Notes under the pieces: model-generated
Told to the model about the DNA's origin: nothing
What the model saw: the letters and a program-made list of their open reading frames with translations, nothing else
Databases searched by the model: none
Shown: one piece after another, positions 30,986-39,728 of the stretch
Layout: each line of letters begins with the position of its first letter
Position numbering within the stretch: position 1 is the first letter of the stretch
Origin: a bacterium
GTDB lineage: Bacteria > Patescibacteriota > Minisyncoccia > Phycocordibacterales > UBA6899
Reading direction: 5' to 3'
NCBI GenBank assembly: GCA_043756865.1
Contig: JAYUQG010000025.1
Span: forward strand, 921-64,920
DNA: 64,000 nt
Made by a program: the position numbers and the translations under genes

Positions 30986-31756
30986 TTAGAGTGTGCGTCG
31001 TGCGAGAACGATGCTGGTGTCGTCTTTGAGTGGCCCACCAAGAAGTCGTCCGTCGACAATCTTCTCGCAATTGATCACTGCGAGTCGTCTGCGAAGGATG
31101 TCTTTCGTTGTGAAGACCACGTTTTGGGACACCCACGTTGCTATCGTGACCGACGAAAAGTCGGGAAAGTGGTCAATGCCGTCGGTTGCGACAAGAATCG
31201 ACGTGATGTCGCTTGTCGCAAACTCGAGTACGCTGAAACGCGAACGCGAGTCGTCTCCGTCAGCAATTCCGTATGCGAGGTAGGGGGGTTCGTTCCTTTC
31301 GAACGGCCCCAGATTGGTTACCCCGCCGTTCACCGCATAGGTTCCGTCGCCGCAATAGAAGATGTATGTCCGCTCTGGCAGCACAAGAAAACCGACAACA
31401 GAAAACAGGAAGTACGACTTCACTGCTTCAGACGCACTTTCGCCCATCTGGGCAGCGAGAACCGCAATGTTTCCCAACACATGGGAACGTAGTTCTGACC
31501 AACGATTGAAGCTGTTGTGTCCTTGCGAGACGGTGCGTGCTGCCAGAAAAAGCAGCCGTTCACCGAGCATCTTTGCACCAAGTTGTGCACCAACTTCACT
31601 TGAAGCACCGGAGCCACACCCGTCGGCAACAAGGCCGACCGATATGTCACCAGCAGACGCAAAAAAATGTGCGTCCTGACAATTTTTCCATGTCGGTTGT
31701 CCCGGCATGGTGTGGTCAGTTCCGGGAACTGACGCTCCTGCGAGTTGAAATCCCAC
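30986..31756 (-). CDS. PP2C-type protein phosphatase (TerY-P type)
   Basis: GxxH..NCQDA, VADGCGS, ATDG and DDTS motifs; AGGAG RBS. Confidence 0.88.
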   Translation of the reverse strand: MGFQLAGASVPGTDHTMPGQPTWKNCQDAHFFASAGDISVGLVADGCGSGASSEVGAQLGAKMLGERLLFLAARTVSQGHNSFNRWSELRSHVLGNIAVLAAQMGESASEAVKSYFLFSVVGFLVLPERTYIFYCGDGTYAVNGGVTNLGPFERNEPPYLAYGIADGDDSRSRFSVLEFATSDITSILVATDGIDHFPDFSSVTIATWVSQNVVFTTKDILRRRLAVINCEKIVDGRLLGGPLKDDTSIVLARRTL

Positions 31757-31916
31757 TATTCACTCCTAACTGTTGATTGATGGATTCAGTTGACAATGAG
31801 CAACTATGTTTGCACAAAGCCTGAATGTTAACTATCACATTGTTCAGGAAATGTCAACTATGGTGTGTGCGCTTTGCTTAAAGCGGTTTTAGGTGGGACT
31901 TGATTTTAAAGTGCAA

Positions 31917-31952
31917 CTTAGTGTATTTTATACACTATATAAAATTATGCAA
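31917..31952 (-). promoter_or_regulatory. promoter overlapped by NrtR-type operator (box 2)
   Basis: CTTAGTGTATTTTATACACTA identical to 27017-27037; TTGCAT-16-TAAAAT on the minus strand. Confidence 0.7.
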
Positions 31953-32007
31953 ATTAAAGCTGGGGAAAAGCTTGTGGATAATGTGGGATTGGAGGAAGCT
32001 AACTTAG

Positions 32008-32748
32008 CTAGAGCTTCCTGAATAGCAGCTCAAAAATCTTCGCTTGGAACTTTGCCACGGACTCGTTTTCAATAACGACTGCAGTTTCGGTGTTGTAGTC
32101 GATGACTGCAACCTTATTGGCGTAAATAATCTGCGAAATATTGTACTCAAAGAGGTCAAAATCTGGAGGAACAACCTTGATTTCACGCTCCAGTCTTTTG
32201 CGTTTATTAAGCGTATTTGGAACGTTGGTAATTACCTTACGTTCCAACTGCTTCGCGTCGCGAAGGAGGCGGTACTTTTTAGAAAGATAGCGAGGGCGTA
32301 CATCTGTAGTCTGGTTATGCACATTCGAGGAGCTGTAACGATAATAGGTCTCCCCTTTTTTGAGTGTTTCTACAATATCGTTGTAAATTGCGGTAATCCC
32401 CTTTTGCCCTTCGACGTACTTCACCACGGGTCGAACTGACACGGGAGTGCGCCCGAGCTGGGTGAGTGCGGCAAGTTCGTCATCAAACAGATTGGAAAGT
32501 TCAAGAAACTTTACTTCGAGTTTCTTGGGTGATTCAGCTCTGTAATGCTTATATTTCCCCTTGAGCGTCATACTCACTAAGCCTTCGCGCTCGAGCTCTG
32601 CAATTGCCTCGTATATCACCGTGCGATACAAACCAGTTTTGCGAAACAAATCAGATATACTCATCCTGCCAAACTCAAGAAGAACGAGGTAGACGATACT
32701 TGCACGCTCAGTTAAACCCAGTTTTTTGAGAAAATTCTTATGTTCCAT
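32008..32748 (-). CDS. TrmB-family transcriptional regulator
   Basis: N-terminal wHTH (LGLT..VYLVLL..RTVIY..L..EGLV) and VKYVEG..GI effector domain. Confidence 0.85.
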   Translation of the reverse strand: MEHKNFLKKLGLTERASIVYLVLLEFGRMSISDLFRKTGLYRTVIYEAIAELEREGLVSMTLKGKYKHYRAESPKKLEVKFLELSNLFDDELAALTQLGRTPVSVRPVVKYVEGQKGITAIYNDIVETLKKGETYYRYSSSNVHNQTTDVRPRYLSKKYRLLRDAKQLERKVITNVPNTLNKRKRLEREIKVVPPDFDLFEYNISQIIYANKVAVIDYNTETAVVIENESVAKFQAKIFELLFRKL

Positions 32749-32887
32749 AAAGTTGTATGAATTTAGTACATGTTTAGTATAGCAAAATAGTCTTTATATA
32801 CAACAAATTATAAGGTAACTCATCAAATATTTACAACTTATTAAAAATATTCAGACAAGATTTTTATGCTGCGTATAGTGCATACAG

Positions 32888-33514
32888 ATGAACAGTACAT
32901 TGAAAGGAAAAATGATGGCAAACAACGAGATGCTGGCAACGCGTGTATCGCGAAATTCGAGACATACGGGCTGCTACATTTCAGTCGATATCGAAGCTAC
33001 GGGACCGACTCCGGGTCACTACAGCATGTATGAGCTTGGAGCTTGCGTGGTCGGTAGTAGTGAGCAATTTGAACGAGCACTCACCCTTCTCCCCAATGCT
33101 GCATGCAACACTAACGCACTGCGCGCGGTGGGAATGACGAAGAAGAAGCTGCTCGAGCGCAGTGGTGCTGTGACCCCCAAGCGCGCAATGCACGAATTTG
33201 CAAAATGGGCCGAGGAAGTGTCACATGGTGACAAGCTCATCTTTGTTGCAAACAACGCACCGTTCGATTGGATGTTTGTTGCGTGGTACTTCGAAGAGGT
33301 ACGGGTGAAAAATCCATTTGGTCATGCCGCACTCGACATGAAAGCATACTTTATGGGAAAAACGGGCTTTAGCTGGAGCGAGTCCAACCTTGCAAAGATG
33401 GCTCAATATGCGGAAATCAGATTCGATCAACTACCTCACAAAGCCCTGCTCGACGCAATCATTCAAGAGCAGATCTTCGTCGGAATACATAACCCAGCAA
33501 AGAAAACACTATGA
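32888..33514 (+). CDS. DEDDh 3'-5' exonuclease
   Basis: VDIEATG, NAPFD and HKALLDA motifs. Confidence 0.85.
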   Translation: MNSTLKGKMMANNEMLATRVSRNSRHTGCYISVDIEATGPTPGHYSMYELGACVVGSSEQFERALTLLPNAACNTNALRAVGMTKKKLLERSGAVTPKRAMHEFAKWAEEVSHGDKLIFVANNAPFDWMFVAWYFEEVRVKNPFGHAALDMKAYFMGKTGFSWSESNLAKMAQYAEIRFDQLPHKALLDAIIQEQIFVGIHNPAKKTL

Positions 33515-34062
33515 ACAACAAGCGCAAAACAATTCTCTTCGACCAAGACGGTGTGCTCGCGAATTACACAAAGGCGCATCTTGATGCAATTGCACGCGAG
33601 TTCCCCGAACTGCCGCGCTACCACGCAAAAGAAGTATCGCACTTCAACACCGAAGAAGTATTTCCAGTGGAGTACCATGAGCGCATTGAGGCACTGGCAC
33701 TGCGACCGGGATTCTTCGCTAACCTTGAGCCCATCCTAGGTGCGGTAGAAGCATTGCAGTCGTTGCTTGCCGAAGGCTACGACGTACGCATTTGCACAGC
33801 ACCTAAGAAGATCTTCGACAATTGTGTCGCCGAAAAATTTGCTTGGGTAAAACGACATCTTGGACAAGAGTTCGTTGAACGTATGGTGCTCACAAGAGAC
33901 AAGACACTCGTCTACGGTGAGATTCTGGTCGATGATAAACCCGACATTACCGGTGTTTGCAAACCAACATGGAAACACGTACTGTACGACCAGCCGTACA
34001 ATCGCAACTCAGACCGCCCCAGACTAACGTGGGCAAATTATCGAGAGGTACTCGGACTATGA
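33511..34062 (+). CDS. 5'(3')-deoxyribonucleotidase (NT5C, HAD)
   Basis: DQDGVLA, EKFAWV and LTRDKT..LVDDKP motifs. Confidence 0.9.
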   Translation: MNNKRKTILFDQDGVLANYTKAHLDAIAREFPELPRYHAKEVSHFNTEEVFPVEYHERIEALALRPGFFANLEPILGAVEALQSLLAEGYDVRICTAPKKIFDNCVAEKFAWVKRHLGQEFVERMVLTRDKTLVYGEILVDDKPDITGVCKPTWKHVLYDQPYNRNSDRPRLTWANYREVLGL

Positions 34063-34739
34063 AAACGAAAAACGTCTATTTCGGACGACATGGCGAAAGT
34101 CGCGCAAATGCAACAGGTGTTCGCGAAGGTGGCGACTCACCGCTCACGGAGCGAGGACTGCTTCAAGCAAAGTTCTCCGCACTGCGCCTCAAGGGAAAAG
34201 GAATCCAGCGCATCATTTCAAGTGACTATGCTCGGGCGGTTTCCACCGCACTCGTCCACAGTTCGCACCTTGGGCTTCCGCTCACTGACACGTCACCACT
34301 CTTCGCTGAACGAAGAAATCCCAGTGTGATGCTCGGCAAACATGTCGGCGACCCTGAGGTCGAACGCATGTGGCATGAGATCGCATTAAACTACGGGACG
34401 CATGATTGGCGGCACTCGGACGAAGAAAACTTTGCCGATCTTGTGGAGCGTGCGAAGCAGGCCCTCGCATTTCTCGAGTTCATTCCTGAAGACACCGTCT
34501 ACGTCGCCAGCCACGGGATGTTCATGAAAGTCATCTTGGCGCATGTACAACTTGGCGAGCATACGAACGGAAGAATCTTCTGGGACCGGTATGTGCCTAT
34601 CAAGAATGTCGACAACACCGGACTTATGCACCTGCAATTCACGCCAAACTACCACCAGACAGGTATGTACTGGAAGCTCGTCTCGTGGAACGACCGTGCG
34701 CATCTCGAAGCAATGACACCGCATCAAACCAACGAATAG
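34059..34739 (+). CDS. histidine phosphatase family protein
   Basis: RHGES, SSDYARA and SHG motifs; ATGA overlap with the previous gene. Confidence 0.88.
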   Translation: MKTKNVYFGRHGESRANATGVREGGDSPLTERGLLQAKFSALRLKGKGIQRIISSDYARAVSTALVHSSHLGLPLTDTSPLFAERRNPSVMLGKHVGDPEVERMWHEIALNYGTHDWRHSDEENFADLVERAKQALAFLEFIPEDTVYVASHGMFMKVILAHVQLGEHTNGRIFWDRYVPIKNVDNTGLMHLQFTPNYHQTGMYWKLVSWNDRAHLEAMTPHQTNE

Positions 34740-34782
34740 TTGGTACAAAAAAAACGACCGGCCCATTGGGCCGGTCTCTTTC

Positions 34783-35928
34783 TTATTCAAAACGAAGCTG
34801 GCGCCCCGATGCGCTTTCGGGAAGAAACGTTGCCCGAAGCGTTTGCTTGGAACCTTCTTTCCATCGCTCTAGCAACTTCATCTTCTTGTCGTAGCGCACA
34901 AACTCGATGCGCTTCCAGCCATGCTTTTTCGCATCAGCCTCTTTTGCAATGTCCGCATAAAGTTCGTGGATTGTCTGCGCCTTGTCAACGAGTGAAAGTG
35001 CAACCGCATCTTCGGAGTTAAACCATGCTCCGCTTGTGCGACCCATATCTTCTTTCGACTCGCGCATCAGTACATCCAGCGGAATCTTGCGTGACTCGCT
35101 CACGACTCCGGCAAAGCGGTTGAACGCTTGATCAACTTCGCGCTGAAACATAGCACGATCTCCCGGTGACATCGGTTTCCACTGGCTACCCGAATTCTTT
35201 CGAGGTCCGGTGGAAATCTCTTCTTCGCCAACTCCCAACAAATTGCCGAGCTTGCTCGTGTTGAAAAGGCGCATGATGACACCGATGTTTCCGACTGAAG
35301 CCTCCGGATCCATGATGATCTTGTCGCCTCCGAGCGCAATGTAATACCCACCAGAGTATGCGTGATCGGGCACATAGCTATACACGGGAATCTTAGTCTT
35401 TGCTTTGAATTCCTTGATGACGCGATAACTCTGGGCGCTTGCGACGGCACTTCCACCGCTTGAGGTAATGTACAGAATCACGCCTGCGACGTCTTTTTTA
35501 CCCTCGACAAGTTCGAGTGCATCCTTGAGGTACAGTGTCGTGTTTTCAAATCCCGGTGGCGCAAGCAGATCACCGTCGATACTTCCAATAATGGGAATAA
35601 TCGCGACGTGTCCAACGCCGGATGTTCCCGAAAGCGGAAGCACTGCAGTGGGTTCTTGTTCCACTCGCACATTTTCTGCGGGATCACCGCTAAAGAGAAA
35701 GAGGAAGCCGGCAATGACGACCGTCATTGAAAAAAACGTAACCACACGGCGGCGAAACCGACGCTTCGCTTCATTTTTCATTTCTGCAAAAATGTACGCG
35801 GCAACTTCTTTCAGTTCTCCCGCATAAGCAATGCCGACACTGGCGGGAACCCCTGTGGGCAACTTTCCGATAGCAGCCGAAGCACCACTAGTAGGTTCGG
35901 GTGTGGAATCAAGTTCTGACTGGGACAT
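34783..35928 (-). CDS. sppA: SppA-type signal peptide peptidase (S49)
   Basis: SSGGS, AYSGGYYIA and VGNIGV motifs; N-terminal TM helix. Confidence 0.85.
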   Translation of the reverse strand: MSQSELDSTPEPTSGASAAIGKLPTGVPASVGIAYAGELKEVAAYIFAEMKNEAKRRFRRRVVTFFSMTVVIAGFLFLFSGDPAENVRVEQEPTAVLPLSGTSGVGHVAIIPIIGSIDGDLLAPPGFENTTLYLKDALELVEGKKDVAGVILYITSSGGSAVASAQSYRVIKEFKAKTKIPVYSYVPDHAYSGGYYIALGGDKIIMDPEASVGNIGVIMRLFNTSKLGNLLGVGEEEISTGPRKNSGSQWKPMSPGDRAMFQREVDQAFNRFAGVVSESRKIPLDVLMRESKEDMGRTSGAWFNSEDAVALSLVDKAQTIHELYADIAKEADAKKHGWKRIEFVRYDKKMKLLERWKEGSKQTLRATFLPESASGRQLRFE

Positions 35929-36091
35929 AAGTCCTCCTCATGTAGTGAACGATACTCCATTTAGAGTAACGCGCTTAGCAAGAAAGGCAGTCTTGACACA
36001 CCAGAATATTGTGTGGGAAAGAACTGCACATTGACACTCCGCCACACGCCGCTAGCATGGGATATAGAGATGTACCCTGAAAGGAATCGTT

Positions 36092-36976
36092 ATGAAGAAT
36101 CTTGTGTTTTTGTTCGCGTTTGCACTCGGCATACTTTCCGGCTGTGACACTTCGACCGTTTCGAGCAGCCCCCAAAGCGGTGCCTCGATTATTGCCGCCG
36201 CAAACCAGCAGCGTCACGCGATCATGACAAAGACTCGCGCAGCTGCATACCTCCTGTATCCAGACACACCGGACCCAGCGATCATGCAAGACCCCGGCTT
36301 TCTGGATCTTGCAAAAACCGACTTTCCCATGCTCGGCACCGCATTTGGTCTTAACGACAAAGGCCTAATCTTCACTTCTGCGCACGAAATCACTGACACC
36401 GGTTATTGCGCAGGAAAACCGAAAGGGCCAGGCATGCTCGGCGTGGAGGCACTCGAGCGCCAGCAAAAGAAAAAGGATACGTACTGCGTGCTTATCACAC
36501 AAACGTACAAAAAGGCGTATCGCGGCAAAGTCATCCACATCGACGAAAAGAATGACGTGGCCATCATTCAACTAGAAGGGCAACACTCAGGACTTCCATT
36601 TATTGAGTTAGCTGAAAGTGTCCAAGAAGGCGAGGAAGTGCTGACCGTTGGTGCAGCGCGAGGAAACCCCAACTTCACCACCACTGGCATCATCAGCAAC
36701 ACGGACTTCGAGGACAAAGAAAACTCCCCCGGACGCAAAGACATTCAATTCTTTGCCATCATCCACCCAGGAAACTCAGGCGGACCGCTTGTCTCAGTGG
36801 CTTCGGGAAAGGTTGTTGGACTCGTCCAACGCATCTTCATGATTCCCGTAATCACCGCTGACCAACAAACGGGACGACCCACTGGTACCGCGGTTGTCCC
36901 GACAGGTGCATCATTCGCGATTCACGTCGACGTCTTACGACGCGTTTACGAAGACATGAAATCAAGCCCCCGCTAA
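36092..36976 (+). CDS. trypsin-like serine protease lipoprotein
   Basis: Lipobox LSGC; TSAH, DVA and PGNSGGPL catalytic triad; no PDZ domain. Confidence 0.88.
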   Translation: MKNLVFLFAFALGILSGCDTSTVSSSPQSGASIIAAANQQRHAIMTKTRAAAYLLYPDTPDPAIMQDPGFLDLAKTDFPMLGTAFGLNDKGLIFTSAHEITDTGYCAGKPKGPGMLGVEALERQQKKKDTYCVLITQTYKKAYRGKVIHIDEKNDVAIIQLEGQHSGLPFIELAESVQEGEEVLTVGAARGNPNFTTTGIISNTDFEDKENSPGRKDIQFFAIIHPGNSGGPLVSVASGKVVGLVQRIFMIPVITADQQTGRPTGTAVVPTGASFAIHVDVLRRVYEDMKSSPR

Positions 36977-37031
36977 GGGGCTTTTTTGTTACTGCGCCAT
37001 AAGAAAACACCCGCAATGAGCGGGTGTGTGT

Positions 37032-37709
37032 TTAGTTGAGCGGCACCAGTGGCACCGCAGGGCTGGGTGCATTCTGGGGCATCTGAATGACCGAGGGTGC
37101 TTCGTAAAAAGGAGTCAGGTCTTTCTCCGGAATCGGAGCGACAGGGTCGGGATGAAAATGCACACTCCCATCGTCCGGACCTTCTTCTTCACCGGAGGAA
37201 CCGGGTCTGCGTGGTTGTTTTTTCTTCGCATCGCCATCTTTTCCTTCGCCTTCCTTGCCCTCACCTTTCCCCTTTTGCTGACAGGCGCGATCGCCAATCA
37301 GTATCGTACCTTTACCTTGTGCGGCTTGTTTGTGCAGCTTGCTTCTTTGCAAACGCTGCGCGAACTTGAGGTCCCATGGGACAAAGATATAACGTGGCTC
37401 AGCGCCCTTAAGCTTCTTGTCTACAAGAAACAAATAGACACCGACACGCTCTTTGATTTCCGCATGGAGTACCGCATTGCACATACCCGGTGCACGGAGT
37501 TCGTCTGCTGTTCGCTGTTTCGGTCGTGAGAGCAAGTCGTCCAAGGCGAACCAACCAAGAGGCAACATGAGCACCGTAAGGGCGAGGGCGACGGAGCGCA
37601 TCACCAGCTGACGACGGGACCAGATCGTAATGGTACCGAGCGCGATTGCGATGAGTGCGAAGAGCACTACCAAGAGAGTGAGGTTGTTCATTCTGTTTCC
37701 GCCTTCCAC
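37032..37709 (-). CDS. two-TM protein with low-complexity C-terminal tail
   Basis: Two N-terminal hydrophobic helices; overlaps the upstream gene. Confidence 0.7.
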   Translation of the reverse strand: MEGGNRMNNLTLLVVLFALIAIALGTITIWSRRQLVMRSVALALTVLMLPLGWFALDDLLSRPKQRTADELRAPGMCNAVLHAEIKERVGVYLFLVDKKLKGAEPRYIFVPWDLKFAQRLQRSKLHKQAAQGKGTILIGDRACQQKGKGEGKEGEGKDGDAKKKQPRRPGSSGEEEGPDDGSVHFHPDPVAPIPEKDLTPFYEAPSVIQMPQNAPSPAVPLVPLN

Positions 37710-38332
37710 GCCCGAAGTGGTTTGTAGAGGTCATGCACGCTTTTCGGATCGACGTAACCAGTCGTGTCCATTTCGAAACGCGTCACCGTGAGTTCTTCGC
37801 CGTATTCACGGAGCACGGCCTGTCGGCTAATAACAGGACCAAGTGCATCCTCACCTTCTTTGCGAATACTCACCACAACGGTGACGGGGATTTCGGTGTG
37901 TGTTCCCATGGAACCGTACAGGTGCAAGTTGACCGTGAACTCACCCGCAGGGAGACCGCGGCACTCGACACGCTCATAATTCAACTGGAGCGGATCACCG
38001 AAACTTCCGCGGTCGTCGCGCAAGAGATTGCAAAACTTACCACCCCTGTTCGAATACCCGATTGGCTTGGGGTCTTCGGGGGATTGGATCCAAAGGTCCA
38101 CGTCCACGCTGACGGTATCGGGCCAGCGGATCTCGATGACCACGTTTCCGGCCTCTTGAATGAGTCCTTCTTTCTTCTTTTCGGCTTTTTCAACAATCGG
38201 CTTGATCATCACGAGTCCGACAAGCATCAGGAGCATAAACGCGAGCGTGAGTTTTTGCCAAAGATTCCCGAAAAATTGTGCCGTGGTGAGTTCGAACGGG
38301 TCAGACTCGTACACGATACACCCCCGCTTCAA
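37688..38332 (-). CDS. single-TM protein with YfaP-like beta domain
   Basis: TM helix then IRW..DVDLW..P..DDRG..NYE..GEFTVNLHLY. Confidence 0.65.
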   Translation of the reverse strand: MKRGCIVYESDPFELTTAQFFGNLWQKLTLAFMLLMLVGLVMIKPIVEKAEKKKEGLIQEAGNVVIEIRWPDTVSVDVDLWIQSPEDPKPIGYSNRGGKFCNLLRDDRGSFGDPLQLNYERVECRGLPAGEFTVNLHLYGSMGTHTEIPVTVVVSIRKEGEDALGPVISRQAVLREYGEELTVTRFEMDTTGYVDPKSVHDLYKPLRAWKAETE

Positions 38333-38987
38333 TCAGCGCAGACGTGAGTTGCACGTTTCCGCTTTTCAGAATGCGCAGCAGAAAACCGAGCCAGAGGGCG
38401 AATGCGCCGCCAAGCAGAGTTGCCGCAAGTGCGATTTCCAGCCCAGGCATGACGGCCTTCAAGAGTTCGGTGATTTTCGGATCGGAAGATGTGCCAAGTA
38501 CCGAAAATGCAGAGGAAAACACCATCATGCCCATGACCGTCCCGATGATGCCGAGCGAAACCATGTTGCTCATGTTTTGAGCGACACCCATGATCTTCGA
38601 ATCCATCGTACGATAAAGGTCAAACTCGATTGAGCGACGGTTATCGGGAGTGAGGTCGGCTACTTTACGCAAGTATTGCGCCAAACGCGAACGTCCGCGC
38701 TCGATTGCAACACACGCGTCGACATCCGCGAGGATGCGAAGCTGGTGGAGATACCCACGCGCGGTGTTCAGTTCCCGCGAGGTCTTCGAGAGTTTCCACG
38801 TGCAGTCCACAATGGCAAACACAAAGTATGCGATCATGATGCGACAGATGTATGTCGTATCACCCGCAATCATCTGCGTGATCCATCCCGACTGCCACAC
38901 AACCCAGAACACGAGGCCTCCGAGCACGTTGTAGATTGCCCACTGCATGAACATGAGATAGTTCGTATCCTCAAGCTTGTTTACCAT
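38301..38987 (-). CDS. MotA/TolQ/ExbB-like ion-channel protein
   Basis: LGIIGTVMGM and GLEIALAATLLG helices. Confidence 0.75.
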   Translation of the reverse strand: MVNKLEDTNYLMFMQWAIYNVLGGLVFWVVWQSGWITQMIAGDTTYICRIMIAYFVFAIVDCTWKLSKTSRELNTARGYLHQLRILADVDACVAIERGRSRLAQYLRKVADLTPDNRRSIEFDLYRTMDSKIMGVAQNMSNMVSLGIIGTVMGMMVFSSAFSVLGTSSDPKITELLKAVMPGLEIALAATLLGGAFALWLGFLLRILKSGNVQLTSALIEAGVYRVRV

Positions 38988-39140
38988 GATTGGCTCCTTT
39001 GAAAATTGACAAAAATCTATTACTATTTTTCATATTAATCCTGTCTGACCTCATTACAAGCAAATTCACAACACAACACACTTCCCCGATGCTGTGAATA
39101 CTTTTCGCTGTTTGTATCCATAATTTGCTATACTCTCCTG

Positions 39141-39728
39141 ATGGACATTGAGGCGATCATTGTGAGTTCAAGTTATGCTGGAATTTTTGGTCTCATGATA
39201 GCGAACGGATTTTTGTCTTTTCCGTCCAGTCAGATTCTCTATATTATTGTGGGCTATTTTGTGGGCACAGGAGCACTCGCACTCCTCCCCGCCTCGCTCC
39301 TGGGTGCACTCGGCAATGCCATCGGAAACGTGCTCATGTATGAAGCGATTAGAAGGCACGGTATTTCTTACGTCGAGAAATTTTCCATATTTCGCAAGGA
39401 AGACATAAAAAAAATTGAGGCCGTATTTAGAAAACGTGGCCTTTGGTTCCTTTTTATTGGAAAACTCCTCCCCGCCATCAAAGTATTTATTCCGATCCCC
39501 GCGGCGCTCGGTCGAGTCGACCGAAAAGTTTTTGCGGCAATGATGTTTGCCGCATCATGGATATGGGCACTCTTGTTTATCAGCATCGGATATTTCTTCG
39601 GAAAAACAGCAGGGCTCTGGAAGTCCTATGGGGTCATCCTTGCAGTCATCGCATTTGGACTCCTGTTTCTTTTTTATCGCTACATGAATAGCAAAGCTAT
39701 CCTCGCGGAGATTTCTCGCGAAAAGTAG
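39141..39728 (+). CDS. DedA family membrane protein
   Basis: FPSSQI and GKLLPAIKVFIPIPAA motifs. Confidence 0.85.
   Translation: MDIEAIIVSSSYAGIFGLMIANGFLSFPSSQILYIIVGYFVGTGALALLPASLLGALGNAIGNVLMYEAIRRHGISYVEKFSIFRKEDIKKIEAVFRKRGLWFLFIGKLLPAIKVFIPIPAALGRVDRKVFAAMMFAASWIWALLFISIGYFFGKTAGLWKSYGVILAVIAFGLLFLFYRYMNSKAILAEISREK

Noticed and set aside
31790-31862. Three AACTAT direct repeats upstream of the PP2C gene
   Set aside because: Too short, and partly explained by a TTGACA promoter element.
32008-32748. TrmB as the NrtR-type regulator
   Set aside because: It has no Nudix domain and sits divergent from another operon. It is not excluded as a binder of the boxes, but the motif shape fits NrtR better.
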